Shown: positions 1 through 11,219, numbered from the stretch's first letter. The stretch: 64,000 nucleotides of DNA from an uncultured Methanobacteriaceae archaeon (GCA_963788665.1 CAWBHV010000017.1:3846-67845); one strand, 5' to 3'. Translations and numbers: made by a program. Notes: generated from the letters alone by a model not told the origin.

Positions 1-776
1 TCCATATAGAAGTCTTGGTAGAGATCATGAACATATTCTGAACTCACATCTTCTGTTATAAAACAATGGACAGTTGTCAATATTCCCCTGATTACCGGCA
101 CCAGATGCGGTGTGAAAGATATTCTAGCATCACCATAATAAGATAGTTTTTCCCTTATTTCTGGACCATGCCTATGGGTAACAACAGCATATGGGGATAT
201 ACTATCGCTGCAGTTAGGATAATGAGAAGATTCTGTTGGCTTAACACCGACACCGCTTACACCAGATTTTGAATCTATTACTATGGTATCAACAATATTT
301 TCTGATACAACGGGCAGACATGCGAGTATCGAACCTGTAGGATAACAACCAGGATTAGCAACAAGATCAGCATCTCTAATGAGTTCTCTGTTGATTTCTG
401 GAAGTCCGTAAACTGCTTTTAAAGGGCTGGTCTGTTCAAATCCGTACCATTTCTCGTAAACGGCCCGATCATCGAACCTGTAATCTCCGCTCAGATCGAC
501 AACCCTAATATCGTTATCAAGAAGATCTGGCACAATTTTCATTGAAGCACCGTGGGGTGTTGCTGTAAACACAATATCTGCTTCTATTTCATTGGGCTTA
601 ATATTTTCAAATTCTATGTTTAAATCTCGAAGATGTGGATGAGCCTTATATATGGGTTGGCCACTGTACTGCCTGGAAGTCGCAGCTACGATCTCGGTTT
701 TTGAATGATTATTCAAAAATCTGAGAAGTTCTCCACCAGTGTAACCACTTGCACCTATTACTCCTACTTTGATCAT
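1..776 (-). CDS. argC: N-acetyl-gamma-glutamyl-phosphate reductase (runs off window start)
   Basis: Manual translation [19 protein letters not shown]...ANPGCYPT...SKSGVSG...[13 protein letters not shown]; GGTGA RBS upstream; not in the ORF track. Confidence 0.93.
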   Translation of the reverse strand, partial: MIKVGVIGASGYTGGELLRFLNNHSKTEIVAATSRQYSGQPIYKAHPHLRDLNIEFENIKPNEIEADIVFTATPHGASMKIVPDLLDNDIRVVDLSGDYRFDDRAVYEKWYGFEQTSPLKAVYGLPEINRELIRDADLVANPGCYPTGSILACLPVVSENIVDTIVIDSKSGVSGVGVKPTESSHYPNCSDSISPYAVVTHRHGPEIREKLSYYGDARISFTPHLVPVIRGILTTVHCFITEDVSSEYVHDLYQDFYM

Positions 777-953
777 TTTTTCACCATATACATCTTGATC
801 ATCATGTTATTAAAAAATTATCCATCGTTCAAACAATGGATCAAAATTAAATTAGATATTATCATCTTTATTATTACCTAAACTGTTGGTTTTTAGAGTT
901 TAGGAGATCAAATAATTAAAAAAAATAGGAGAGAATTTTATGGATCTAATAAA

Positions 954-1652
954 TCAATTCCCTTTTTTAGTATTATACGTTTTTTTATCTTGAATCTTAC
1001 CATCCAATACGTATATACTTCTTTCTGCTTTATTAGCCACATAAGATTCGTGTGTGACCATAATCAACGTTACATTCTCTTTTTTATGTATGTCGATGAG
1101 CAGGTCTAAAATCACATCCTGTGTCTCTGAATCTAAAGCCCCTGTAGGTTCATCTGCCAGGATAATAGACGGATGGTTGGCCAATGCCCTGGCTATTGCG
1201 ACTCTTTGTCTTTCTCCTCCAGAGAGTTTGGTTGGTTTTTGATTTAGTTTGTCTGATAAGTTCACAGATTTCAGAAGATAGATCGCACGTTCTTCCATTT
1301 CTTTATCTGGAATATTGGTTTCGATCAGGGGTGTTTGGACATTTTCTAGTACGGTTAGGTTTGGGATCAAGTTGTGAAGTTGAAATACGAATCCTATCTT
1401 ATCAGATCTGAATTCGCTCAAATCCTGTTTTTGTGTTAGATCCACACCATCAATTACAATTTTACCAGAATCGGCTTTATCAAGAGCCCCTATCATGTTT
1501 AGTAGCGTTGATTTACCGGAACCTGATGGACCTATGATTGATACAGATTCTCCCTTTTTAATTTCGAGATTTATCCCATTTAAAGCTTTTATTGTTCCAT
1601 TTTCGTAAGTTTTTTTGAGATCCTTTATTTCGATTATGTTGTCGTTATTCAT
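954..1652 (-). CDS. ABC transporter ATP-binding protein (LolD/MacB type)
   Basis: Walker A GPSGSGKST, LSGGERQRVAIARAL, ILADEPTGALD. Confidence 0.93.
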   Translation of the reverse strand: MNNDNIIEIKDLKKTYENGTIKALNGINLEIKKGESVSIIGPSGSGKSTLLNMIGALDKADSGKIVIDGVDLTQKQDLSEFRSDKIGFVFQLHNLIPNLTVLENVQTPLIETNIPDKEMEERAIYLLKSVNLSDKLNQKPTKLSGGERQRVAIARALANHPSIILADEPTGALDSETQDVILDLLIDIHKKENVTLIMVTHESYVANKAERSIYVLDGKIQDKKTYNTKKGN

Positions 1653-2838
1653 ATCTTAGAGCCTCCATTGGTGATAGTCTGCTTGCCCTGTATGCTGGGT
1701 AAATTCCACCTATTATTCCAAGGAATAAGGCTACTCCAATCCCTTCAAGCAGTAGACCAGCCGAAAATGCCGGCTGAAGGCCGTGAATCATATGGGTTGA
1801 AATTATCAGTTCTACCACTCCAACTGCAACGATTAATCCCACAACAACTGCTATTAATGATAAGACCAATGATTCTCCCATTATCATGGCTAATATCCTT
1901 TTTTGTTTCCATCCTATTGCTCTTAAAACACCAATTTCTCTTGTTCTTTCACTCACTGCTTTCATCATGGTGACAATAACTACTATTCCTCCAATTAAGA
2001 TGGCGAGTAAAGAAACTGCCCAAGCACCAGAACTTATGACATCAATTCCGTTGTTCATACGGTTGTTACCCGAGAGAGATGTTGTTGTTGTTAATTCATT
2101 TGGATAATTTTGTTGTATGGTTGTTGATAGGGTGGATGCATCAGTGCCATTGGCAGCCTTAACCAAAATTAACGAAACTTGACCCGTGTTATTTGTAAGA
2201 TTTTGGAGCTCGCCTAGAGGCATTACAATACCTCTATTGTCCATGAAATCACCGGATTCATAGATCCCGACTATTTTAAAAGTCTGATTTGAGATGGTGA
2301 TGCTGTCTCCAACAGTTTTATCCATCTGCTGGGCTGCACTTTGGCCTATGATAACTTGGTTATTACCTGTGTATACTGTTCCATTGGTGATGGCTAAATC
2401 ATCCATGCTGATGTCACTACCATTTATTCCAATTAAACTGGTAAATGATCTGAAATTGCCTCCATAGGAACTTCCAGAGCTGCTACTCGAACTACTTGTG
2501 GTACTATTTGACAGGTCAGTCATCGTTCGTAAAACACCGACAGCACTTTGTACACCTGCTATTTTTTGTAATTCAGCTATTGCTGTTTGGTTGACCATTT
2601 GTTGATTGCCAAAACCGCCACCCATTCCTCCACCACGATTTCCTGTGTTTGTTCCATTTATAACAGAAAAGTCTGCTGCCCCGGCTGTGAGTGCACTTTG
2701 GGTTGATGCAGCCAAGTCATCGGTCACAAGACCTAGACCCACCACTGCAGCAACACCGATAGCGATACCAATCACTGCCAGGAAGCTTCTTGCTTTATTT
2801 CTAAAGATATTTTTTAAGATTAAGTTCCTAAATTTCAT
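1645..2838 (-). CDS. ABC transporter permease (FtsX/MacB type)
   Basis: N-terminal TM helix, large extracytoplasmic domain, ERTREIGVLRAIG, C-terminal YPAYRASRLSPMEALRYE; overlaps the ATPase start. Confidence 0.92.
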   Translation of the reverse strand: MKFRNLILKNIFRNKARSFLAVIGIAIGVAAVVGLGLVTDDLAASTQSALTAGAADFSVINGTNTGNRGGGMGGGFGNQQMVNQTAIAELQKIAGVQSAVGVLRTMTDLSNSTTSSSSSSSGSSYGGNFRSFTSLIGINGSDISMDDLAITNGTVYTGNNQVIIGQSAAQQMDKTVGDSITISNQTFKIVGIYESGDFMDNRGIVMPLGELQNLTNNTGQVSLILVKAANGTDASTLSTTIQQNYPNELTTTTSLSGNNRMNNGIDVISSGAWAVSLLAILIGGIVVIVTMMKAVSERTREIGVLRAIGWKQKRILAMIMGESLVLSLIAVVVGLIVAVGVVELIISTHMIHGLQPAFSAGLLLEGIGVALFLGIIGGIYPAYRASRLSPMEALRYE

Positions 2839-3572
2839 GATAAACTCTATTCTCATGTGGTGTTAAGTACGTTTACCAAATTCATACACAAAAACCACAC
2901 TAATTACACCCAAATCTAACCAAAATGTTCATCGTATTATCAGATTTTTAGTTTTAGATTTCTACTTTGGTGTTTACACTACTTACCTAAATATCAATCA
3001 ATGAATGTTAAAACAGTTAATCAAGATTCACTCCGTTCTATTAAAATATTGTATCTTAATAATATTACTATTATAGTATTTTCGCTCAATACTTGCACAT
3101 GATAATAGTGATGATCATCGTACAATTATCATACGATACAATAGGCGTGTTTTTTGGTTGTAAACCAGTATTTAGTCGGGATTTGTTACATCATTAGATT
3201 ATTTAGAGTAATACTATAGTGAATCTAAACTATAATTCCTTTATACTGTCCTTTAATTTAAAAAAATAGCTATTAAATCCCATTTTTTTGAAAATTAAAT
3301 CAAAAAATATTTATAACATAGACTAATGATCTTAAATAGTCCATATAGTATCCCGGTGATGTTATTGGACATGGGGGCGGGTGATTAATGAAATAGGTAT
3401 GCACTGGTTTTAACCTAGCTTATGCACTGTGCATTTCCAATTTCATACAAAAAATTAACTTCATATTTTACCCTAAATTTGATTCGAAAAAAATATGCAT
3501 TAAATTATCCCAGATTCTATCTGTGGACTTCATATAGTTTTGATTACCTATTATGAATATCTAAATTTTTTT

Positions 3573-3992
3573 TTATTCACCAGGTTCAGTGGATTGTTTT
3601 GAGATCCTTTTTGATATTGCAACGCCTATGATAGAACCGATCATGCCCAGGACGAAGAATAGTGCAAAGCCGACAAATACTGCACTAATCACTGCACCTA
3701 TCAAAAGATTTTTTGTTGATCCAGTGTATCCAACAGAAATTGCTAATCTTTGTATTACACTGCCCAAATATAATACACTCAAACTAGTGTACACTGACCC
3801 TGCAATCCCTGCAGGAACTCCTCCATTTATAAAACCGTCCGTATAACTCACACCAACCATGTATCCTGCAACCAATCCTGCGATTAATGGACCTATAAGT
3901 CCCACATTTTTTGGTAAATAAATTCCACTTATGACTGATACTACTATGGTAATAGCAAATGCGATTATTATTGCTTTCCAATTAATGTTCAT
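3573..3992 (-). CDS. Small integral membrane protein (DUF5518-like)
   Basis: Four Gly-rich hydrophobic helices (GLVAGYMVG...INGG). Confidence 0.7.
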   Translation of the reverse strand: MNINWKAIIIAFAITIVVSVISGIYLPKNVGLIGPLIAGLVAGYMVGVSYTDGFINGGVPAGIAGSVYTSLSVLYLGSVIQRLAISVGYTGSTKNLLIGAVISAVFVGFALFFVLGMIGSIIGVAISKRISKQSTEPGE

Positions 3993-4160
3993 TGTTTCAT
4001 ACTCCGTAGATTAATTGGATCTCAGATAATATACAATTTTCCAAAATATGATGTGTTGCTCAAAAAAGATGTGTTGATAAATAGATTTTAGTGATTCAGT
4101 TAAATATAAGGGGATCTCATATGTTAAGCATTTATCTTAAAAAAAAATTGGAGAGTATCT

Positions 4161-5177
4161 ATGAAACAATTTTTATCGATAATTTCGGCTTTAATAATCA
4201 CCATCGGAGCATGGTTTGCTCTGATAAAAACCTATCATTTCTTATCTTTAAGCATGGTATACACAATCCCTTTTTTTGCATTCATTTTTTTAGGTGGAGT
4301 AATATCTACATGGTATTCAGCAAAGGTCAAGATCAAGTACAGTGTATATTATGGTATTATTTTGGTGTTGATGTACGGTTTTTATTATGGTCCGAGAAAT
4401 AGTCTCCTGGCTATCCTCGTGATTTTGGTTCTTTCGGTCATGGGTGGTTACACTGCTAAAAATGAGAAAAATGAGTCGGATAACAGACCTAAAATTAGTT
4501 ATAAAAGTTTCTTTATAAACCTTTACAAACGAAATAAAGATGTTTTAATCGTTTCATCTTCTATATTTTTTATTTCTGTACTTATTGGTGGTATATATCC
4601 ATTTATATCCATTTCTTTTCACCATTTGATGGTTAGTTTTATGACGGTGTACCTATCTGCATTGATACATATGGGTCATCTCAACTCACTTTCAATATTT
4701 CTGAACAACAGCACCATTGCTGTTTCAAATCTGTATATTTATGGATTGTTCTTTGGAATTACACCAACAATAGGATTGGTTGAAACCGGACTGATTATTG
4801 GATTTACATTCTTCCAGTATCCGTTTACCATATTCTACATATTACCCCATGGTGTACTGGAATGTTCAGGTTACATTGTAGCTTCGGCCGGGGGATTTAA
4901 ACTGTTAACCATTGCTTTGAATATGGTGAGGGAGGGTCTACACATTAAAAAAGATAAATCAATTGATGAACAGATTAGTGACATAATGGACAGGTATTAC
5001 TCGAAATTTAGAGACTCTTTATTATTGGTTGGTATCGCAATAGCATTACTCATAGTCGCTGCTGTTATAGAGGGTAATTTCAGCGGAGCAATTGGAAACC
5101 ATATCACTGGGTTAAACATTCACACGAGTTTTGCAAGTTATCTTCTTAACTTGATCAATCATCCTACAGGGCAGTAA
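4161..5177 (+). CDS. SpoIIM-family membrane protein
   Basis: IFLNN, ILPHGVLE and LLIVAAVIEG motifs typical of SpoIIM; extra N-terminal TM segment. Confidence 0.82.
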   Translation: MKQFLSIISALIITIGAWFALIKTYHFLSLSMVYTIPFFAFIFLGGVISTWYSAKVKIKYSVYYGIILVLMYGFYYGPRNSLLAILVILVLSVMGGYTAKNEKNESDNRPKISYKSFFINLYKRNKDVLIVSSSIFFISVLIGGIYPFISISFHHLMVSFMTVYLSALIHMGHLNSLSIFLNNSTIAVSNLYIYGLFFGITPTIGLVETGLIIGFTFFQYPFTIFYILPHGVLECSGYIVASAGGFKLLTIALNMVREGLHIKKDKSIDEQISDIMDRYYSKFRDSLLLVGIAIALLIVAAVIEGNFSGAIGNHITGLNIHTSFASYLLNLINHPTGQ

Positions 5178-5360
5178 TGAATTCATAATGAACGATTTAC
5201 ACATTATGCTGGTGAGTTGTTCATTATCTGGAATTAAATGTTCCGTTTGGGTGGTGATTTGAATCAGCTTAGTATACCAAAATATCAGGTTGGCCCGTAT
5301 GGATGTATTAATAAATAAATTCAAAAAATAGTATTGAAAAAATGATTGTATTTAGATGGA

Positions 5361-6243
5361 CTATTTGGTGATCATGGTCCCTATACCATCGGTTGTGAAT
5401 ATCTCAAGCAGTACAGAGTGTTCGAATCCTCCCATCGATGATATGAGCAGATTTAACTCCATTTTTGATTGCTGTAACACATGTTTCAACCTTGGGGATC
5501 ATCCCATCTGTTACTATGCCGTTATCTATCAGGTCTTTTATCTCATCAACCTTGACCTTTTTTATGAGGGATTTGGGGTCACTGGGGTCTTCGAGTATGC
5601 CTGGAACATCTGTTAGGATTATGAGTTTTTCTGCTTGGAGTTCTGCTGCAATATTACCCGCTACGGTGTCGGCATTTAAATTTAGAGTATTTCCTTTGTT
5701 GTCAATACCAATTGGGGATATGATTGGGATATAATCATGGCCTGTGAGCATTTCAACGATTTCTGCGTTGACATTTTCTATTTCACCTACGAGTCCCAGG
5801 TCTACAGTTTTTTCTTCACCTGTATCATCGTCTACAACTACTTGAGGGGCTTTTTTATTGGCCTTAATCAGATGGCTGTCCTTACCTGAAATTCCAACAC
5901 CCTGACCACCATGAAGACCTACCTGGGAAACAATATCTGTATTAATTTTACCAACCAACACCATTTTAACGATATTCATGGTCTCTTGGTCTGTTATTCT
6001 CAGTCCTTCGATAAATTTTGGATCTTTACCCATTTTATTCATTGACCTGGAAATTTCGGGCCCCCCTCCATGGACAACTATGGGTTCCATCCCTACATAT
6101 TTTAAGAGCACAGTATCCCTTGCTGTTGAGCTCATTGCATCGGCATCTATCATGGCGTGGCCACCATATTTGATCATGATCTTCTTCTTATGAAACTTTT
6201 TTATGTATGGCAGTGCATCGATTAGTATATTTACTGTTTCCAT
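5361..6243 (-). CDS. argB: Acetylglutamate kinase (indel near 3' end)
   Basis: [31 protein letters not shown]; canonical C-terminus [20 protein letters not shown] lies in another frame. Confidence 0.95.
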
Positions 6244-6330
6244 TTTGATTCCTCATGGATGATTACTATCATGGTACGTTATTCAATATTTTTTATTATT
6301 AAAAACTCTTTTTAATATGTTTCAATTGGT

Positions 6331-7527
6331 TTATGTGCTGTATTCTGCATTGATCTGTATGTATTCGTAGCTAAGGTCACATCCATAAGCTGTGGCATCG
6401 TCATCACCCAGATCCAGGTCTATGGAGATTTTGATATTCTTCTCCTTCATTATTGCCTCTGCTATTTCGAGTTCATCGGTGCCTTCGTAGGCTGCTACTA
6501 CACCCTTTGAAACAATTACTACCTCTTTTTCACTCGAACTAAATTTGATGGTGATGGTTTTTTCATCTACATCAGCACCTGAATAACCCACAGCTGCAAT
6601 TATTCGGCCCCAATTGGGATCAGAACCAAAAATTGCAGTCTTTACCAGTGAGGATGATACAACAGCTTTAGCTGCTTTTCTTGCTTCTTCTGGAGATACC
6701 GCGCTTGTAACTTCTACTTCAATGAATTTTGTAGCACCTTCTCCATCCTTTGCTATCATCTGTGTCAGCTGTGAGCAAACATATTCGAGTGCGTCTTGAA
6801 AATTTTCATCAATACCAGCACCAGAATTTCCATTAGCCATGAGAATTACCGTGTCGTTGGTACTCATATCTCCATCAACAACCACCATATTAAATGTTGA
6901 GTCAACTGCTAATTTAAGAGCATTTTTTAACTCTTCTGGCGTGGCTTTGAGGTCAGTTGTAATGACAGATAACATTGTGCCCATGTTGGGCGCGATCATG
7001 CCAGATCCTTTACATATACCACCAATCCTGACTTTTTTCCCATTTTTGAGTTCAGTTTCTACAGAAAATTCTTTAGGGAAAGTGTCAGTTGTCATTATAG
7101 CTTCAGCAGCACATGTTGAAGCTTTATTTGAGTTTTCAAGTCTTAATACAGCTTCATCTATTAATTTGTTAATTATTGGCATGGGCAGTTCCCGGCCTAT
7201 TATGCCTGTTGATAGAACAGCAACATCATCCACATCAAAATCTAATTTATCTGCAACTTTGCCCGCCATTGCATTCCCATCTTCCATTCCCTGTTTACCT
7301 GTGAAACAGTTGGCATTTCCACTGTTTATAACGATACCCGATAGTTTACCGTTACCAACAGCTTTTTTAGTTATGGTTACTGGTGGAGCTACAATTTTAT
7401 TTGAAGTAAAAACTGCTGATGCATGAGCATCTTTACTTATGATCAGTGCTACACCGTATTCGTCTTCGCAAGCACCTGCAGCAATCACCCCATCAACTGC
7501 ACATATTCCACCGTCAGTTATTTTCAT
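6331..7527 (-). CDS. argJ: Ornithine acetyltransferase / N-acetylglutamate synthase
   Basis: [50 protein letters not shown]. Confidence 0.96.
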   Translation of the reverse strand: MKITDGGICAVDGVIAAGACEDEYGVALIISKDAHASAVFTSNKIVAPPVTITKKAVGNGKLSGIVINSGNANCFTGKQGMEDGNAMAGKVADKLDFDVDDVAVLSTGIIGRELPMPIINKLIDEAVLRLENSNKASTCAAEAIMTTDTFPKEFSVETELKNGKKVRIGGICKGSGMIAPNMGTMLSVITTDLKATPEELKNALKLAVDSTFNMVVVDGDMSTNDTVILMANGNSGAGIDENFQDALEYVCSQLTQMIAKDGEGATKFIEVEVTSAVSPEEARKAAKAVVSSSLVKTAIFGSDPNWGRIIAAVGYSGADVDEKTITIKFSSSEKEVVIVSKGVVAAYEGTDELEIAEAIMKEKNIKISIDLDLGDDDATAYGCDLSYEYIQINAEYST

Positions 7528-7711
7528 TTTGGTTATCTCCGAAAAGTAAAAAAAAATTAGAGTCATTCATAATAGTTCATCACACTGATTGTGTTAAACA
7601 TTTTTTTTATATTTAAATGTTTTTTTTATCAATATTCGGGTGAACTGGTTTTTATTTGTGTTTAAATACTAAATTTAACCGGATAATAATAGTTTATTAT
7701 CCTGAATTGGT

Positions 7712-8173
7712 TTAACTGTTACCTGAATTTCCATAGGTTCCTGAATTGGTTTGAGTAGTCCCTGAATTTCCATAGGTTCCTGAATTGGTTTGAGTAGTCC
7801 CTGAATTTCCATTGGTTCCTGTTTTTCCACCGGTTGCACCACTTGGTGAACCATTGGTTCCGCTGTTGCTTTCGTTGTTCCCCCCACTATTTGCTGTTCC
7901 TCCTGTATTCGAATTTAATTTTGTTGTAGATGCAGCTGAACTCGGAGTAGATGGTGTGGTTGTTGTGTTGTTTGTTGTTGGGTTAACATTTGATGAGTTT
8001 GATACTGTGTAGGGTATGCTTGGCAATTGGCTGGGTTCTGTAATATTATTTACTAATTCCGGGGTATTGAATAGATGAACACCTGAAAGTATGCCTGCTC
8101 CAGTTCCAAATCCCATTGCAATAACAGAAATTATCATTGCAACAAATAATTTTCCTTTGGCTTCTGGTTTCAT
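7712..8173 (-). CDS. Membrane-anchored Ser/Thr/Asn/Gly-rich low-complexity protein
   Basis: N-terminal hydrophobic helix followed by a T/N/S/G-rich tail with 13-aa repeats. Confidence 0.75.
   Translation of the reverse strand: MKPEAKGKLFVAMIISVIAMGFGTGAGILSGVHLFNTPELVNNITEPSQLPSIPYTVSNSSNVNPTTNNTTTTPSTPSSAASTTKLNSNTGGTANSGGNNESNSGTNGSPSGATGGKTGTNGNSGTTQTNSGTYGNSGTTQTNSGTYGNSGNS
7722..7821. repeat. 39-bp tandem repeat (about 2.5 copies) encoding GNSGTTQTNSGTY
   Basis: cctgaatttccataggttcctgaattggtttgagtagtc at 7722 and 7761, partial copy at 7800. Confidence 0.9.
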
Positions 8174-8233
8174 AATATCAATTAACTTGTTTATGATTTA
8201 AGTAATTATTCACAAAAAAAATTTTTATATTTT

Positions 8234-9441
8234 TCATGAAGTGAGTGCATATATAACTGCCAGTACTATGGCTACAAGTCCGAACAATGGCTGTCCTATA
8301 TCCCAGCCCACCAGTGTTGCAACAAACACGAAAATAAATATCACGACTATTTTACCTTTATGGTTCATTAAAAAGTCCAGAATCGTTCTTGTAAACTCTG
8401 ATGGGATGTAGTAAGCAAATATACCATCTGCAAGATTGAAGACTATGACAGGATTGTTATTCCATATTTTAATACCATCAGCCATTTGTGCTCTTTCACC
8501 AGCTTCTCTACGGCTTTTTCCTATGCCTACCCTCAGTCTCACACCGTTGTTAAGGGAGTGCCATGAACAGTCCATCCCGGCACGCAGTGCAGCATATTTA
8601 GTTGGCATATTAGCTATTAAATCGTCTCCACCTTCCCTATACCCTTCAATCTTACCATCACAATCATTTTCAATGAAAGCCTTGACTTCGTTCATTATTT
8701 CAACCAGTTTGTCACGGCCGTTCTCATCTATAAACTTGGTGGAGTCGATGGCATCAATGAACAGGTAGTTATCGTACACTGCGGGTGTTCCCTCAATTTC
8801 ACCCAACCTCGATGAGAAGACTATAGCAAATTCACCACCTAATTTAGTGAATCCAACACCAGATGTTTCTCCAATTTGTTTGTTAAGATTTATTGATTGT
8901 TCTATTGCGGCTGCACCAGTCATCCCTACTGCTACCCTCACATCGACTTCCTTTTCCATGCCCAGTGATATGAGTTCTATTGCGATCCTGATGGCATCGT
9001 TCTTAGAAAGCAATTTTGAAACAATTTCGGTGGCACTTCTCTCAACAATTTGACCCTTCTGCTTTTTTATCAGGTTAACAAATGAACTGATGAGACTATA
9101 ATCTTTTTTGAATATTTCAACGTAGAGGATCTGTCGCTACCCATTATTATGTTACTTAAAAGAGCGTATTCACTAACACGATTCTCAGCAGCTTCTATTT
9201 CTAGAAATTTTCTGTTGTCTGGTATGTTACCAGTCCCAACTTCGCTCAGGACATTGTGGAAAATGTTTTCTGTTGTGATGTGTGCTGGTTCAATTTCAAG
9301 GAGCATTGTTTTAGTGTAGTTTATCATCTGAACGTATTCGCGTTCCATATCGTTGGTTGGATAATACTTGGTACCAATGCTTATGACCTTGTTTTTGATT
9401 AAAAATCCAAAGATGGCTCGTGAAATGTAATCCATGACCAT
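8234..9441 (-). CDS. Membrane-anchored tandem palm-domain protein with GGDD motif (GTP cyclohydrolase III / mCpol / class III cyclase-like); indel near 9129
   Basis: Joins ORFs 9070-9441 and 8234-9013; motifs YLFIDAIDST, EGGDDLIA, VRLRVGIG; two C-terminal hydrophobic helices. Confidence 0.7.
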
Positions 9442-10469
9442 TTATTTTTCTCCTCCCTTTTCTAATGTTATGTCAAAGTGTCCTGGCTTTTCCATCAGCA
9501 TGCTGGGTTTTACAGATACTATTGGAAATTTCCATGTACCTAACCTTGCAGCTACGGTACTTGCTATGTTTCTTGAATTTTTCTTTACAAAGGAGTAATC
9601 ATGGTCGTTTATGGTTATGTTTACATTGTAGGGAGATTCTTCAAGTATTTCATCAGAATGTATGATGTTAAGTTCGAAGGATCCTGGTTTGGAGAGAGAT
9701 CATTTCTAACTGCTACTAACGGTGCATGATCAAGTTTGAGCCTGTCACCTACTGTAACAGCTATATTTCCAGCATTTCTTACGGCATCCTTGTAGTCTCT
9801 TGGACTGACAAGTACGAATATGATGAAATCACTGTTTTTTTCTGCATCCTCAACCATCCCCATGACCTTATCAAAGAGAGGGATCTTCATGAAACATCTT
9901 CGATCTTCGAATCAAACCCATCTTCTTCTTGTTTAGTCAATCTATCTATTGCTTCTTTAGCAACAGCTATTCCACTAAGTTTCTTATTCTTTTTTAGTTT
10001 GTAAGATCCTAATCCTTTTTTTTCGAAGTCATTCAACATCTGTGTGCATATTTTCTGCAATATACTTTGAATTCTTCTTAGGTTTTGAGGATGTTCCGAT
10101 TATTATGTCTCCCTTAATGAATTTGAAGGGGATCCTACGATTATTTATGTCACGGAATTCATCGAAGTATTCCCGAAAATTGTCGTTAGATAAAATCTTG
10201 CAGTCTTCATCTTCTGCAATCTTGAGTATGAAATGGTCGGCAGTAGTGCCAGAAGGGACTTGCTGTATTTTCCCTTCCTCTATTAATGTATTTAATTTAT
10301 CCTTTTCATCTATCTCATGTCTTAGGGATGCATCTGCAATTGGGAATGGTTCATACCCTAATTTTTCAAGGGCCTCCAAAGCTTTCATAAGATTATTTAA
10401 GCTTGGTTTAGTTTCCTCTGTATCCTTTCCATAGTGAGCTACATTTGATGCATCGACAATTACTTTCAA
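9442..10469 (-). CDS. NYN/PIN (Zc3h12a-like) ribonuclease with C-terminal extension; several indels
   Basis: VIVDASNVA, ADHFIL, ILSNDNFRE; reading continues through ORF 9621-9890 to a TAA abutting the next ATG. Confidence 0.8.
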
Positions 10470-11218
10470 TTAATCACCTAGACAAGTGTTTTCATATTTT
10501 GCAAGACATTTACGTGTACCATCTGCGCGGTTCAATACTATTTCATGAATTCATCTTCAATGTATATTGTGTTGAATGAGGAAAGTACTTTTCCCCTCAA
10601 CCTCAATGAAGAAACTTACCTGCAGTAATAAATGCTGTATTTTCCATCATCCAAACATGTGGCATATGTTTGTGTCCTGAAAGAACTAAGTCAGCTCTCC
10701 CAGTCATGAGTGATTGAAGTATATCTCCTGCATCACTTAAAACATTTCTCTCCCTTCCAGTTTTTGGAACGGGTATTATGTGATGATGGAGTGCTATTAT
10801 TTTGTAAAGATTTTCTTTATCAGCAGTTTTAAGTTCATTTTCCATCCATTTCTGCTGGGATTCCCCTACCTTTCCATAGTCAAGGTCGGGTTCGCTGCTG
10901 TCAAGTCCAATAATTTTTAGGCCGTGTTTTTTAACTTTTAAGCTTCCATATCTACTTTTTATGAGGTCTTCGAAGACTTCATCGCCCACGTGTCTTGCAT
11001 CGTGGTTACCTGGGACTACCACAAGTGGAGTATTTATTTCATCAAGATAACTTGCCGCCCTTTCATACTCAAGGTAGTATCCATTGTCTGTTAGGTCACC
11101 CGTTAATATGGTGACATCGGGGTTATATTGTTGATTTCTTCGATTGCATTTAACAGGAGGTCGTCCCTAAGTTTATTGAACCCACATGCAAATCTGATAT
11201 ATGAGCTATTAATACCAT
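10470..11218 (-). CDS. Calcineurin-like metallophosphoesterase (Icc/CpdA-like); indels
   Basis: AHISDLH, TGDLT, VPGNHD, LHHH, SGHKH motifs. Confidence 0.88.
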
Positions 11219-11219
11219 T

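Noticed and set aside
7700-7825. Regular repeats resembling a mini CRISPR array
   Set aside because: Units are contiguous with no unique spacers, are a multiple of 3 and encode a peptide repeat; no cas genes in the window
8234-11218. Calling the GGDD locus a type III CRISPR, CBASS, Pycsar or Panoptes defence system
   Set aside because: No array, Cas7/Csm genes or recognisable CD-NTase/S-2TM-beta effector; the locus sits in a housekeeping operon, so only a generic signalling hypothesis is supportable
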